DNA of 64,000 nucleotides from the human T2T-CHM13v2.0 reference genome, Homo sapiens: assembly GCF_009914755.1 (NCBI RefSeq), contig NC_060930.1. The stretch is one strand, 5' to 3'. The position numbers were made by a program, and so were the translations under genes. Positions 26,916 to 44,709 of the stretch are shown here, in pieces. The number at the start of each line of letters is the position of its first letter. The first letter of the stretch is position 1. The notes beneath the pieces were generated by a model. That model made no database searches. It saw nothing but the letters and a program-made list of their open reading frames with translations, and was not told where the DNA came from.

Positions 26916-28099
26916 AGACCTGGATTCATGCTTCTGGGTTAAAATCTGTCAGGGCATCCTGCTTGTCCCCTCATGCCTCCCTCCCTCCCACCGTGTCCAC
27001 AAGGGACTCTTCCTCTACCCTAGCCCCCAACACTGGGCTCAGTCACTGGAATTCATCACTCATGGGTGGGCTCCCGGTGGGATGGTTAGCTCCTCTGCTT
27101 GCACCTGAGTAATTAGAAGGGTCGTTTCATATTCTTCTGTGTTCTCGGAGGTGCTGCCCACTTGTGCATTTGGGCAGGGAGGGCTCTGCTCCCTCAGTGG
27201 TGGTTGGAGTGAAGGAAGGATGAACCATAGACCAGAGGGTAGTTCCTTCGGCCGCAGGCAGCACTCACAGCTCACTTAATTTGCACAAAGCATACAGAGA
27301 GAACCTGACCTCTTGCTCAAGAAAGAAAGAAAGAAAATACAGCTGGAGCTGGGACTGGGAGGGAGAGAAAGGGCTCTCTTCTGGACAGGCAGCTGCTTGT
27401 GTTGCGTTGGAGTCCTCTGTCTGTACCTCCATCTGCCCTGGTGAGATAACATTTCACGATGAGAGCTGAGGAGGTGGCTCCCTCCCGCAGAGGTGCATGA
27501 CTTGGCTGGAGTGTTTTGCTTCGCTGGCACACGTCTTCTCTTTTCAAGTTAGCTGAGCTCACACATCCCCCTTGCTTGTTTGCAAAGTCCATATGGGAGA
27601 TGAAGGCGAGACAGTTTGACTAAGGGCAGAAGGAGGGAGTGAAGAGGAGGAAATGTGGGAGCGGGGATGCCTGGCCAGACCGAGCCTTCCTCAAATTAGG
27701 TCACTGTTTATATAAAAAGTTAAAATTAAACCGAGGACTATTTTCCAAGGTTTCTGACACTGGACATGGCTCTGTGCAGCATCCCTGGAATGCAGTGCAA
27801 TAAACATCACAGAGCACATGACGTCACACTGAGGGAGAAGCCAGGGAATGTCACTAGCAATGAATCCCAGGCTCTACACAATTATGCTGGAGACAGACAA
27901 CATCCTTGTTCTCTCTGACTCTTTCCTCTGAGTTTTCCTGCTGGCTTTTTCTGTTCTTCTAATTCTCACGTTTTTATCCACGAGGCAACCATGTCCCCTG
28001 AGAGTTACCACACACAGGGCTCTATGTTTCTGTTTGGCCAATAGCATAAAGCTCTTCAACAAAGCTTTGACCTTCCTTCTCCTTCCGACAAATTGTTAC

Positions 28100-28290
28100 G
28101 GCCTTACCTTCTCACAGTGATTCCTCAACATGAAACAGCAAGGTAGGTTTCATTATCACCAATCTGCAGATGGAAAAAGCAGGCTCAGCGAGGTTCAAGG
28201 ACTTCCTTAAAATCACAGAGCAAGACAGCGGCTGAGAGGCACTCAAAGCAAGGTGGTCTATGAGCTTCCCAGTATACCACACCACCCTTC
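28100..28290 (-). mobile_element. MIR
   Basis: CTGCAGATGGAAAAAGCAGGCTCAGCGAGGTTCAAGGACTTCCTTAAAATCACAGAGC. Confidence 0.65.
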
Positions 28291-29721
28291 TGACTGCCCT
28301 TGTCCTGGCACACCTCCGTAGGTTTGCCATGTTTAAGTGGCAATTAGAAGGGATGTTCCCTGAGGGAAGGGACTCCGGCATATGCCTTAATGCACCTGTG
28401 GTGTCCAGCACAGTGCTTGCTACATCATAGACATTCAAAAGTCCGTGTTCAGTGAAGATCCTTATATATGCCCGTTAGCCATGTGTTTGACTTTTTCTCT
28501 TGTAGTCTGGAAGGTCTTTGGAGGCCTGGGTTATGATTTTTCCTTAATATGGGGCCAAGTCAATAACCTCAACCTCTGCCTCCAAGAGATTTAAATGGAA
28601 ATGAAACATTGAGTATAAGATGAACCCACCCGATCCACCAAGCAGTATTCTTTATATGGCTTCCCTAGTGTCAAAATACATCGCTTCAGGCCTGGCCATT
28701 GTTGACTCCATTGTTGACATCCTGTCTCCTTCTGGTAGTCAGATTCCTCTTCCATGTTTGAATTCTGTATCTATGTTTTTAAATAAGCCAGGAAACACTC
28801 ACCCCGCCAGCTCCAAATTAGTTCTTCTTTTCATGCCTTTTCTGTTTCCTGGCTCCATGCCACAGTCTCCCTCCATTAGAATTAAGAAATAGCGCTCAGA
28901 GAGTCATATGTCTTCACCTAGTTAGCACCTTTCCTTCGGGACAGCTTCTCTGAGGGTGGCTCCCACATATGCCAGGCTTTTCTCCTAGCAATTCCTAGGT
29001 TGTCAGTGTCAGGGGCAGGGAGGAGCATGTGTGAGGATGGGTGTGGGTAGGGGAGGAGAGGGGAAGGTGCAGAACACTGTTACACGAGGCACTCTGTCGT
29101 GGTGATTGAAGGAAGCAGTTTCTTGGCCATGTGTCCAGGATGTGCTTTAAGGGAGCCAAGACAGATCATTCATATCTTATGAAGAGTTGTATTTGGAATC
29201 TTTAAATAAATAGGAAATGCTTGTCTCTCCTTATCTAACTCTCCATTTGTCTTTTTTAAATCCTAAGTTTCATAAAGATACCTGGAATTAAATCATCCCA
29301 AGTTAGGTTTCCATAAAAGTCCTTAGCCAGCAAAATCTTTCTCTCTGGGGCCACCTTTTTCTGGGAAGTTCCCTCAGCTCTGCCCGTCCTCCTACCCTCC
29401 GCTGTACTCCCCACAGCCGTCCTTCACAACACTTAGCACACTGTGCTGGGGTGAGATGAGCTCCCTCGTCTCTCTCCCTTTCCCTGTCTTCTCTATTCAC
29501 ACGGAGCCTGGCTCATAACAGAAGGCCAACAAAAGACTGTTGAAGGAATTAATAAATGAGTAAAATTTTCTTGACATTTAGTTTGAATTTTTATTCTCAG
29601 ATTTCAACATAAGACTATCCTACATGTATCACAAAAGCAGAAATTCCCTGAGGGGAATCTCATATGTGATTATTGAATTATTTTCTAGATTTTAATTTAT
29701 TCTGCTTTTGCATTCTTTTTT

Positions 29722-30131
29722 TCAGCTGTCTATTACTTGGTAACAATCTCCTCCCATTATTTAAGAGTTGGTGGTTGGCAGGGCTCAGGTGGCAGTTCTT
29801 CAGCATGAAAGTGCAATAGCTCAGGTCACTCATCAGGTGCATTCACCTGGAAGTTCACTGAGACTTACACATCCTTGACGGTCTCTTATTCTGTGGGGGT
29901 CTTTCTCTATGTGGTTGCTCATCATTCAGTGATCTAGCCCGAACTTCTTCATAGAATGGCAGGTGGCTTCCAAGAGGAAGCATTTCAAGAGGACAAGCCC
30001 CGATGTGCAAGTGCTTATCCAGCTTCTGTTCGGTCACATTTGCTGCTGTTCCACTGGCCAAAGCAAGCCCCATGGCCAAGTCCTCTACCAATGCAGAAGG
30101 GACCGTGCGAGGGCATGTCATAGTCTACCAC
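29722..30131 (-). mobile_element. MaLR LTR, MLT1K/MLT1J-like
   Basis: GCTTCCAAGAG...GATGTGCAAGTGCTTATC...CCACTGGCCAAAGCAAG...CATGGCCAAG. The CTACCACA terminus is restored when the MER101-like insert is removed. Confidence 0.7.
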
Positions 30132-30371
30132 TGTTACAGAACCCAGCTGGGTCTGTTTGACCATGCAGGGCAGAAACCCAAACACTGAAGTGTTGAATTT
30201 TTTAGAAAGAAAGTGTTATTGCAGGGCAGCCAAACAAGAAGATAGGAGATGGGTTCAAATCTATCTGCTCATCTCAGCTCACAAGTAGTATATTTAAGGT
30301 CAGCAATTTTAGGAGGAGGATTTGGGGGCTGGTTAAGGACTTGTAGAAAGGAAAGGGAAGTTAGGAAATTC

Positions 30372-30824
30372 TCATTCAAGAAATAAACAAGTGAATAGGA
30401 ACAGCTCCGGTCTACAGCTCCCAGCGTGAGCGACGCAGAAGACGGATGATTTCTGCATTTCCTTCTGAGGTACTGGGTTCATCTCACTAGGGAGTGCCAG
30501 ACAGTGGGCGCAGGTCAGTGGGTGCAGCGCACCGTGCTCGAGCCGAAGCAGGGCGAGGCATTGCCTCACTCGGGAAGCGCAAGGGGTCAGGGAATTCCCT
30601 ATCCTAGTCAAAGAAAGGGGCGACAAACGGCACCTGGAAAATCGGGTCACTCCCACCCGAATACTGCGCTTTTCCGACAGGCTTAAAAAACTGCGCACCA
30701 GGAGATTATATCCCACACCTGGCTTGGAGGGTCCTATGCCCACGGAGTCTCGCTGATTGCTAGCACAGCAGTCTGAGATCAAACTGCAAGGTGGCAGCCA
30801 GGCTGGGGGAGGGGCGCCCGCCAT
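30372..30824 (-). CDS. L1 antisense ORF0, extended 150-aa open frame (potential, expression unknown)
   Basis: ATG at 30824 gives MAGAPPPAWLPPCSLISDCCASNQRDSVGIGPSKPGVGYNLLVRSFLSLSEKRSIRVGVTRFSRC..., matching the primate ORF0 N-terminus. The frame stays open past the L1 5' end to TGA at 30374-30372. Confidence 0.6.
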   Translation of the reverse strand: MAGAPPPAWLPPCSLISDCCASNQRDSVGIGPSKPGVGYNLLVRSFLSLSEKRSIRVGVTRFSRCRLSPLSLTRIGNSLTPCASRVRQCLALLRLEHGALHPLTCAHCLALPSEMNPVPQKEMQKSSVFCVAHAGSCRPELFLFTCLFLE

Positions 30825-31404
30825 TGCCCAGGCTTGCTTAGGTAAACAAAGCAGCCGGGAAGCTGGAACTGGGTGGAGCCCACCACAGCTCAAGGAGGCC
30901 TGCCTGCCTCTGTAGGCTCCACCTCTGGGGGCAGGGCACAGACAAAAAGAGAGCAGTAACCTCTGCAGACTTAAATGTCCCTGTCTGACAGCTTTGAAGA
31001 GAGCAGTGGTTCTCCCAGCATGCAGCTGGAGATCTGAGAATGGGCAGACTGCCTCCTCAAGTGGGTCCCTGACCCCTGACCTCTGAGCAGCCTAACTGGG
31101 AGGCACCCCCCAGGAGGGGCAGACTGACACTTCACACAGCCGGGTACTCCTCTGAGACAAAACTTCCAGAATAACGATCAGACAGCAGCATTTGCGGTTC
31201 ACAAAAAAACCGCTGTTCTGCAAACACCGCTGCTGATACCCAGGCAAACAGGGTCTGGAGTGGACCTCTAGCAAACTCCAACAGACCTGCAGCTGAGGGT
31301 CCTGTCTGTTATAAGGAAAACTAACAAACAGAAAGGACATCCACACCAAAAACCCATCTGTACATCACCAACATCAAAGACCAAAAGTAGATAAAACCAC
31401 AAAG
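30393..31404 (+). promoter_or_regulatory. L1 5'UTR internal sense and antisense promoter (CpG-rich, YY1 site missing)
   Basis: CpG-rich L1 5'UTR sequence. The consensus GGGGGAGGAGCCAAGATGGCC start is absent; the 129-bp segment 31151-31279 is present. Confidence 0.8.
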
Positions 31405-32429
31405 ATGGGGGAAAAACAGAGCAGAAAAACTGGAAACTCTAAAAAGCAGAGCACCTCTCCTCCTCCAAAGGAACGCAGTTCCTCACCAGCAATGGAACAA
31501 AGCTGGATGGAGAATGACTTTGACGAATTGAGAGAAGAAGGTTTCAGACGATCAAACTACGAGCTACAGGAGGAAATTCAAACCAAAGGCAAGGAAGTTA
31601 AAAACTTTGAAAAAAATTTAGACGAATGTATAACTAGAATAACCAATACAGAGAAGTGCTTAAAGGAGCTGATGGAGCTGAAGGCCAAGGCTCGAGAACT
31701 ACGTGAAGAATGCAGAAGCCTCAGGAGCTGATGTGATCAACTGGAAGAAAGGGTGTCAGCGATGGAAGATGAAATGAATGAAATGAAGCGAGAAGGGAAG
31801 TTTAGAGAAAAAAGAATAAAAAGAAACGAACAAAGCCTCCAAGAAATATGGGACTATGTGAAAAGACCAAATCTACGTCTGATTGGTGTACCTGAAAGTG
31901 ATGGGGATAATGGAACCAAGTTGGAAAACACTCTGCAGGATATTATCCAGGAGAACTTCCCCAATCTAGCAAGGCAGGCCAACATTCAGATTCAGGAAAT
32001 ACAGAGAACGCCACAAAGATACTCCTCGAGAAGTCCTCGAGAAGAGCAACTCCAAGACACATAATTGTCAGATTCACCAAAGTTGAAATGAAGGAAAAAA
32101 TGTTAAGGGCAGCCAGAGAGAAAGGTCGGGTTACCCACAAAGGGAAGCCCATCAGACTAACAGCGGATCTCTCAGCAGAAACTCTACAAGCCAGAAGAGA
32201 GTGGGGGCCAATATTCAACATTCTTAAAGAAAATAATTTTCAACCCAGAATTTCATATCCAGCTAAGCTAAGCTTCATAAGTGAAGGAGAAATAAAATAC
32301 TTTACAGACAAGCAAATGCTGAGAGATTTTGTCACCACCAGGCCTGCCCTAAAAGAGCTCCTGAAGGAAGCACTAAACATGGAAAGGAACAACCAGTACC
32401 AGCCGCTGCAAAATCATGCCAAAATGTAA
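31405..32429 (+). pseudogene. L1 ORF1p (RNA-binding chaperone), disrupted
   Basis: MGEKQSRKTGNSK... to ...QPLQNHAKM. Premature TGA at 31729-31731 (CGA>TGA decay) and a frameshift from the 11-bp tandem duplication TCCTCGAGAAG (32023-32044). Confidence 0.95.
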
Positions 32430-32477
32430 AGACCATCAAGACTAGGAAGAAACTGCATCAACTAATGAGCAAAATAA

Positions 32478-36321
<3,844 letters not shown>

Positions 36322-37314
36322 ACAATGACAACACATGGACACAGGAAGGGGAACATCACACTCTGGGGACTGTTGTGGGGTGGGGGGAGGGGGGAGGGAT
36401 AGCACTGGGAGATATACCTAATGCTAGATGACGAGTTAATGGGTGCAGCGCACTAGCATGGCACATATATACATATGTAACTAACCTGCACAATGTGCAC
36501 ATGTACCCTAAAACTTAAAGTATAATAATAAAAAATAAATAAAAATAAAAAAAATTAAAAAAAGGAAATTCTCTTGGGCATACAGTTATCCTTCATAGGT
36601 CACATCTGTAAATTCCGGGGTTGGGGATTGGTATAAAACATGTGGTGGAAATTTGGGATGTGATATCAAAGGTCACGCAGCCAGCAAGCTGATCTCCTTT
36701 GCACAAGCTCCAGCCAGCCATATTGGTTCTGGCTGGTTTTAACTGGCCCTGTGGTTTAGTAAGTGGACATCCTATAAAGAAGCTCATACATTTTGTTAAT
36801 CACCAAAATCCCTTTTAGCCCTGTTCTTTGGTCCGTTTAACCCTGTGAGGCACAGTTTTACCACACTTCCTATACCTTCCTAAGTATTTCCTTGTCACAT
36901 ATTTTAATACTTCCAGTGAGCCTTGTAGATGGACTCCCTTATCTTGAGTTGATTCATAACATACACTGAATGCTGACTAGATGCCAAGTGCCCTGAAGTG
37001 ATAGAAAATAGGCTCCTTGCCTCAAAGACTATATATTTTATTTGGGGACTTACACTATACAGATTTGAAAATATCTTAAGCCATCTACCAGTGCTGTTTT
37101 ACGCATATCATATAAATATGAGTCACTGAAGCCACTGAAGTAAGCACAGTGAAAATTTCAATGGTCAGAGTTGCTATGTGATCTAGGTTGCCACCTCTAT
37201 CCCTGTCCAGAGAAGCTTGTTGTCAATTGATACCAATTCTAAGAAAGAGAACTCCAGCAATTCCTTAGGAAAAAAAATATAAATCTCATGAATGAAACAT
37301 AGTTGTAGCCCTTG

Positions 37315-39180
37315 TGATGGCAGCAGCGGGCCGTCTGGAGCGGCCACTGAAATCACACTGACCGCAGCAGGGAGGTGCTGCTGGGGCTACGTGTTCTGTG
37401 GAGCTAGTGGGAGCCTTCCAAGTTGGGATGGGAGCTCCCTAGGTGCCACTGCAGCCACCCAAGCCACAACCCGGGCATCCCTGTGCTCTCAAGGCCCAGG
37501 AGCAGGGGGAAGCCTGCCCTCCTGGGTGCAGCTACAGCCATCCAAGTTGCAGCTGTAGACCTGGGCCTCTTGCTCCACAGAGCAGACAGGAGCCCCACCC
37601 TCCTGAGTGCAACTGCAGCCGTCCAAGTCAGGGCTGTGGACCCGAGCCTCCCCGTGCCCTTGGGGGCCTGAGAAGACCACCCCTCCTGCCCTTGCAGGCT
37701 TGGGAGTGCCTACTTCTGCTTCCTGGGTTCTCTGTCAGCACCTGCTCCGATTTTGGAGCAATGTGGAGCCAAGCCAAGGTGTTGTCGCAGCCCGCCAGGA
37801 GTGCACATGCTCAGGGCAGCACTGACACACCAGCCCCCTGCTGCCTTGGCCCCCTTTGGACTTTTGGCACCAGCAAGCACAAGAGAAAGGCCAAGGTGGG
37901 GCTGAAGACAGCCTGACACTGGCCTGCAGGTGCCCCTTGGCACAAGCAGCCTGGGCACCATGGAGGGCAGCAGGAGGCAGACAGGATCCTGGGCATAAGA
38001 GGGTGGGTACCTGATGAGGCCCCACCTTCAGGCCTGGGAGAGCCTGAAGGCTGGGGGCTGGCCTGCCCATCCAGCAGACCAGAGGAGGAACTTGTGGTGC
38101 CTTTTCTGGGCCCACCTATGGCCACCTCTGGACCAATTGGCATGTAATTCCTCCCCTCTGAGGCCCATAAAGCCCTGGGCTCAGCCGGAGCTGAGCAGAC
38201 ATCGGGACGACCAGCTGCAGAGAGGAGCTACCCACTCCAGGGCCTCCTCTCTGCTGAGAGCTGCAGATGTCAGGATGACTAGCTGCAGAGAGCACAGAGA
38301 GACAACATTGGGATGGCCTGCCTTCAGGGAGGAGCCACCCATTCTTCTCCTCCACTGAGAGCTGCAGACAACAGGAAGACCAGCTACAGGGAGGAGCTAC
38401 CCTCTCTGCTGATAGCTAAACATTTGTCAGGATGACTTGCCTAGCAGAGAGGAGCTACCCTCTCTGCTAGGAGCTGAACACTCACTGGGACACCCTGGCT
38501 GTGGAAAGGAGCTACCCAGTGCGGGTTTCCTCTGAGCTGTTCTATCACTCAATAAAGCTCCTCTTCATCTCGCTCACCCTCCAATTGTCTGCATACCTTA
38601 TTCTTCCTGGTCTCAGGACAAGAACTTGGAACCCGCCAAATAGTGAGGCTAAAAAAGCTGCAACACCAACAGGGCTGAGACATGCACCTTGCTTGTCACA
38701 TTGTGGGCAAAGAGAAAAAAAGAAGAACTAGGGCCCTTCAGGGACCCCAGACCTGGGAGCTGCCTAAGCCAGGGCTAGACTTCCTCTTTGGGGCCCCACA
38801 GTTCCTGGCATCTCCAAGCTTCTGGGTGCCACTGTATTCCCAGCTGCCAACTGTGGAAGCTGCTTGTGATGCACCTGGTCCAGCTGCAGCTTCACAGAGA
38901 GCCGCCACCCATGCTGGCACCTGGAGCTGCCTGCCCTGCTGCAGTAGCTGGCATGTCTGACTGCACAGTGGCCAGACCCCACACTTGCTCACACACCCCT
39001 TGCCACTCCACGCAGTCTCCCTTGGCAGGCATGGGGTCCAGGCCAGTATCATGAGCCGAACGCAGTCTGCCAGGATGAGTGGGCAGAACAAACCCAGTGG
39101 GCCTGAGCAAAACTCAGGCACAGGTGCCACCAGCCACAGAGGTTTCCGGCCTCTGTGACACCCCAAATGATCCTGTGACA
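37315..39180 (+). mobile_element. MER52 (A/C/D-like) long ERV1 solo LTR
   Basis: TGATGGCAGCAGCGGGCCGTCTGGAGCGGCC start, internal GAGGAGCTACCC repeats, CTCAATAAAGCTCCTCTTC, end GATCCTGTGACA; TSD CTTG/CTAG. Confidence 0.9.
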
Positions 39181-39326
39181 CTAGTATGGCGAGCTTTTTA
39201 TCATGATTATCACAATTTATGTAGTTGTTGTGTTTATCTTTTAGCTTCCTTTCTCTTAATCCCTCACCTAAATAATCATCCAAAGCTATTCGGAGGGAGG
39301 AGGGTGCAAGGTGTTCTCAAGGAAGG

Positions 39327-39502
39327 CAGTGGTTCTCATAGTGCAGCCCCTTAACCAGCAGCACCTTGAAAGTTGTTAGAAATGCAGGTTCTCAGGCCCT
39401 CCCCACTCCTACTGCATCAGAACCTCTTGGTGTGGGGCCCAGCAATCTGTGTTTTCACAGCCCTCAGTGATTCTGATGTACAACTAAGTCTGAGAGGCAC
39501 TG
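39327..39502. mobile_element. MER5A (hAT-Charlie)
   Basis: CAGTGGTTCTC...TTGTTAGAAATGCAG...GGGGCCCAGCAATCTGTGTTTT...GAGAGGCACTG. Confidence 0.85.
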
Positions 39503-40229
39503 ATTTGGGGGCCACATGATTAGGCCATGGTTGTTACTGAGGTGACTTAGCTAGAGCAGGTCATTCTAATTACCTAGGATGGCTGTTCACATACCTGCTG
39601 CCAGGTCAGTGCTGCAGCATCTGCCCTAACAAGCAATGAGGGATGAAATAGGATGCTTTTGGTAAAATCACCCAGTTTCTCAGAGAGAAGAAAACTCTCC
39701 AGAGAATTTCTACTGCAGAGATTTGGCACGTTATGTGCACTAATTTAGACATACCAATTGAAAATTTCTTTTTATTTTTTTCTATAGACATTGCATAGAA
39801 ATTCTCTAGAATTTCAAGTACAAGTAACTGCTAGAGGAGCTCTTTGGCTCAAATGTCTGCTGTTACTCTATTTTCTTTTCATTTTCCTATCACATCCCGG
39901 GCAAGAATGGCAGATGAGATATACAGAAATCAGGTTAGAAAGAAAGTAATCATACTTCTCTGAAAAAAAGTTTTCGCCCAGATCCAAGATGAAAATTAGA
40001 AAGAATTTCATCTTTCCAGAACTGTCAAGCCATCTGGCAAAAGAGCTGACTGATACAATTTTTATATTATTGACCAAATTCTCACACCAGTTTCTCCTTT
40101 TCTCATAAGTGTAAATATTTTCCAGTTAAATCTTTGGGGTTGGCAGTGGTGGTGTGGGTGGTTCTTCAGTGAAGGACTCTTGACTTTTTCCATTTCAGAC
40201 TAAGTGGAGGCAATTTAGAATTATGAATT

Positions 40230-41950
<1,721 letters not shown>

Positions 41951-42389
41951 TAACAGTAAGTTTTTATTGAAGGGCATATTAAAAAATATGCCCTTTCTAG
42001 AATGGTTTTTTTGAATCTAAGAATTTACAGTTTCACCTACAACATACACTCCCCCCCAGAAAATAATGCCAGGGGATTAAAATCACCATGAAAAGACCTT
42101 TCTGCATTCAACCAGGGTGCGGGAACGAGCCATCACTAAGCTCTGTTTTGCTTCATCCAACTTCCCTGTGCCCAGCATCCACATCAATATTTACACACTC
42201 CATCATTCCTCGGGTTATTTATTTTCCTTGGTCCATTTTGCACAGTGACTAAGTTTTGCAGCATGGAAGTTGACAGAATTTGTCATTGATATCAATCTTT
42301 ATTAAGTTTACTGCTGAGAGCTCAGAAAATGGCGGTTCTGGAGCAAGGAACAGGGTGAAAGCAGGAAGAACATCAGGCACTAAGAAAAG

Positions 42390-42390
<1 letters not shown>

Positions 42391-42442
<52 letters not shown>
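42391..42442 (+). repeat. (TG)26 microsatellite
   Basis: Perfect dinucleotide run. Confidence 0.98.
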
Positions 42443-42445
<3 letters not shown>

Positions 42446-42804
42446 AAAATGTTTGTCATTGTTGCTCCAACCTTAATTTGCTGATGATTGCATTTCTCTG
42501 TAATACTTTTTATTTTTTACAATCAAACAAAATCTACAATTCTGCTACTCAGCAGCCACCACCAGGAAGAGGCCTCTCCTCTCTTGCCTCTTCCTGGCAA
42601 GACTCCTGGCCGAGCCTAGGTTCTGAATCTCATGGGCTTCCTTCTGCTGCACAGCCAGCCTCTCACAAAGAGCTGGGTTCTGTAGAGAAGAATCTTCAGG
42701 CAGCAAGTCTTCTTCTGGATCTTCTGAAACTAAAGAAACTAAGACCGTGTGTAGCATGACATTTATTGCTTGTGTATTATATGGTGTGTTTGGAAAGAGC
42801 AAGG

Positions 42805-43389
42805 TGAAACTGCCCCTATAAACTTTATAAAATTAGTTAGAGAAGAAGGGAGGGAGAAACAAAAATAAACTAAGCTTGCAGCACGTTCCACATTAATCAT
42901 TAAGTGAGCTTACTCTCTGCCCTGCTTCCTCAAAGCTGTTTGGTACCTATGGTCCTAGAATCATATAGACCTTAGACGACAGTTCTCCTGAACAGCTCTT
43001 TAGATAACAACTTGAACATCATGAAACGTTAAGTTTTCCCTTTGAGATATTCCTTCAGGTCCTGCAAACTGATGTAACAACTGACTCAACTGGTCTGAAG
43101 GGCCCACAAGGAGCTAACTCACCAATGGATGCAGCTTCCACAGCTCCATGATTTCTTCCTCCCTGCCCCAACCAACCAACAACCTCAGTTTTCAAACCCT
43201 TCACCTTCCACAGTCCCCTTAAAAGCCCCAGCCCAGAACTCCTCAGGAAGACAGATTTGGAGGTCTCCTCCCATCTCCTCACACAATGCCCTGCAATCAT
43301 TAAACTCTTTCTCTGCTGCAAACCCTACTGTCTCAGTGTAATGGGTCCGTTACTGGGCAGCGGGCATACAAACCTGTTGGTTCTGTAAA
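42805..43389 (+). mobile_element. ERV1 solo LTR, LTR26-like
   Basis: TGAAACTGCCCCTATAAACTTTATAAAATTA...AAGTTTTCCCTTTGAGATATTC...ATCATTAAACTCTTTCTCTGCTGC...CTGTAA. Confidence 0.8.
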
Positions 43390-43409
43390 AAAGAGCTCTA
43401 GAAAGAACC

Positions 43410-43610
43410 CTACTGCTCGGCTTCACTGCTTCTAGCTGTGCGATCTTTGACAGATTCCTCGCTGCTCTATGCCTCTAGTCCCTAACCTGAAACATAGGGC
43501 AAATAATACTCCCTAGCTCACAGAATTGTTATGTTATTAAATAAGTTAATATATATATAAAGTACTTGGAATAATTCCTGGAGCATAGGATGCACACAAC
43601 AAAGGTTAGT
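43410..43610 (+). mobile_element. MIR
   Basis: CTAGCTGTGCGATCTTTGACAGATT...CTCACAGAATTGTT...AAAGTACTTGGAATAATTCCTGG. Confidence 0.65.
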
Positions 43611-44343
43611 TCTTTTATTATAATTTGGAGCCAGTTCCCACTAAAAGCTGTAACCCAGGCTTGGGGGCTACCCTTTTACTCTCAACAGAAAGATCTGTGT
43701 TGAGAAGGGTAGCTCTTTCCCACTAAAGATTCATATAGGAAGGAAGAGACAATTCTAAGCTGGTCTTCATGCTGTCCTTTATTTAGTGTGGGTTGGCAGC
43801 CTCAAGCATGAAGCCAGGCTACAGAATGCTAGGGAGCCAAATTAATGCAGAAACTTGCCTAGTGTGAGACTGAGGAAGATGGAGCAAGTCAGTTTAAACA
43901 GAGCCACAAACAACAGTAAGCTTTAAATGTCTCAGCTACAGTCTCAGACTCACATCATCTTACAGGCAGAAGAACGTGGAGTAAGTAGTTGTGTCACATC
44001 AACCTTTTTAGCCATTCTGCTAAGCATGAAAATTAGTCCCGTAAGCAAAATACCTGAATTAGCTTTTGAACTTTTCTTTATTGAATGAATTTCAATAAAG
44101 TGAACACACCCATGGACTTCCTACCCAGATAAAGATATAGGACATTACCAGAATGTCAGAACTTTCTAATAATTGCTGCACTGCAGTGTCAGCTTTGTTG
44201 TAAATCAGGGGATTTAAATGTGTATGTTCAGACTTCTTAGTCTGTTCCAACGGTCTACTAGCCACCAAGATTGCACTGTTTTAAATTAACGTAGCTTTAT
44301 GATACTTCCTAATATCTAGTATTTTATTTCTTTTCTCTCTCTC

Positions 44344-44709
<366 letters not shown>

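Noticed and set aside
36377-36398. G-quadruplex motif
   Set aside because: Standard feature of the L1PA 3'UTR.
38215-38520. Spaced GAGGAGCTACCC repeats resembling a repeat-spacer array
   Set aside because: Known internal repeats of MER52-type LTRs; not CRISPR (eukaryotic context, degenerate units, no cas genes).
37292-39354. Many overlapping 60-181 aa ORFs on both strands
   Set aside because: All lie in the GC-rich MER52 LTR, where stop codons are rare; they have no recognisable domain.
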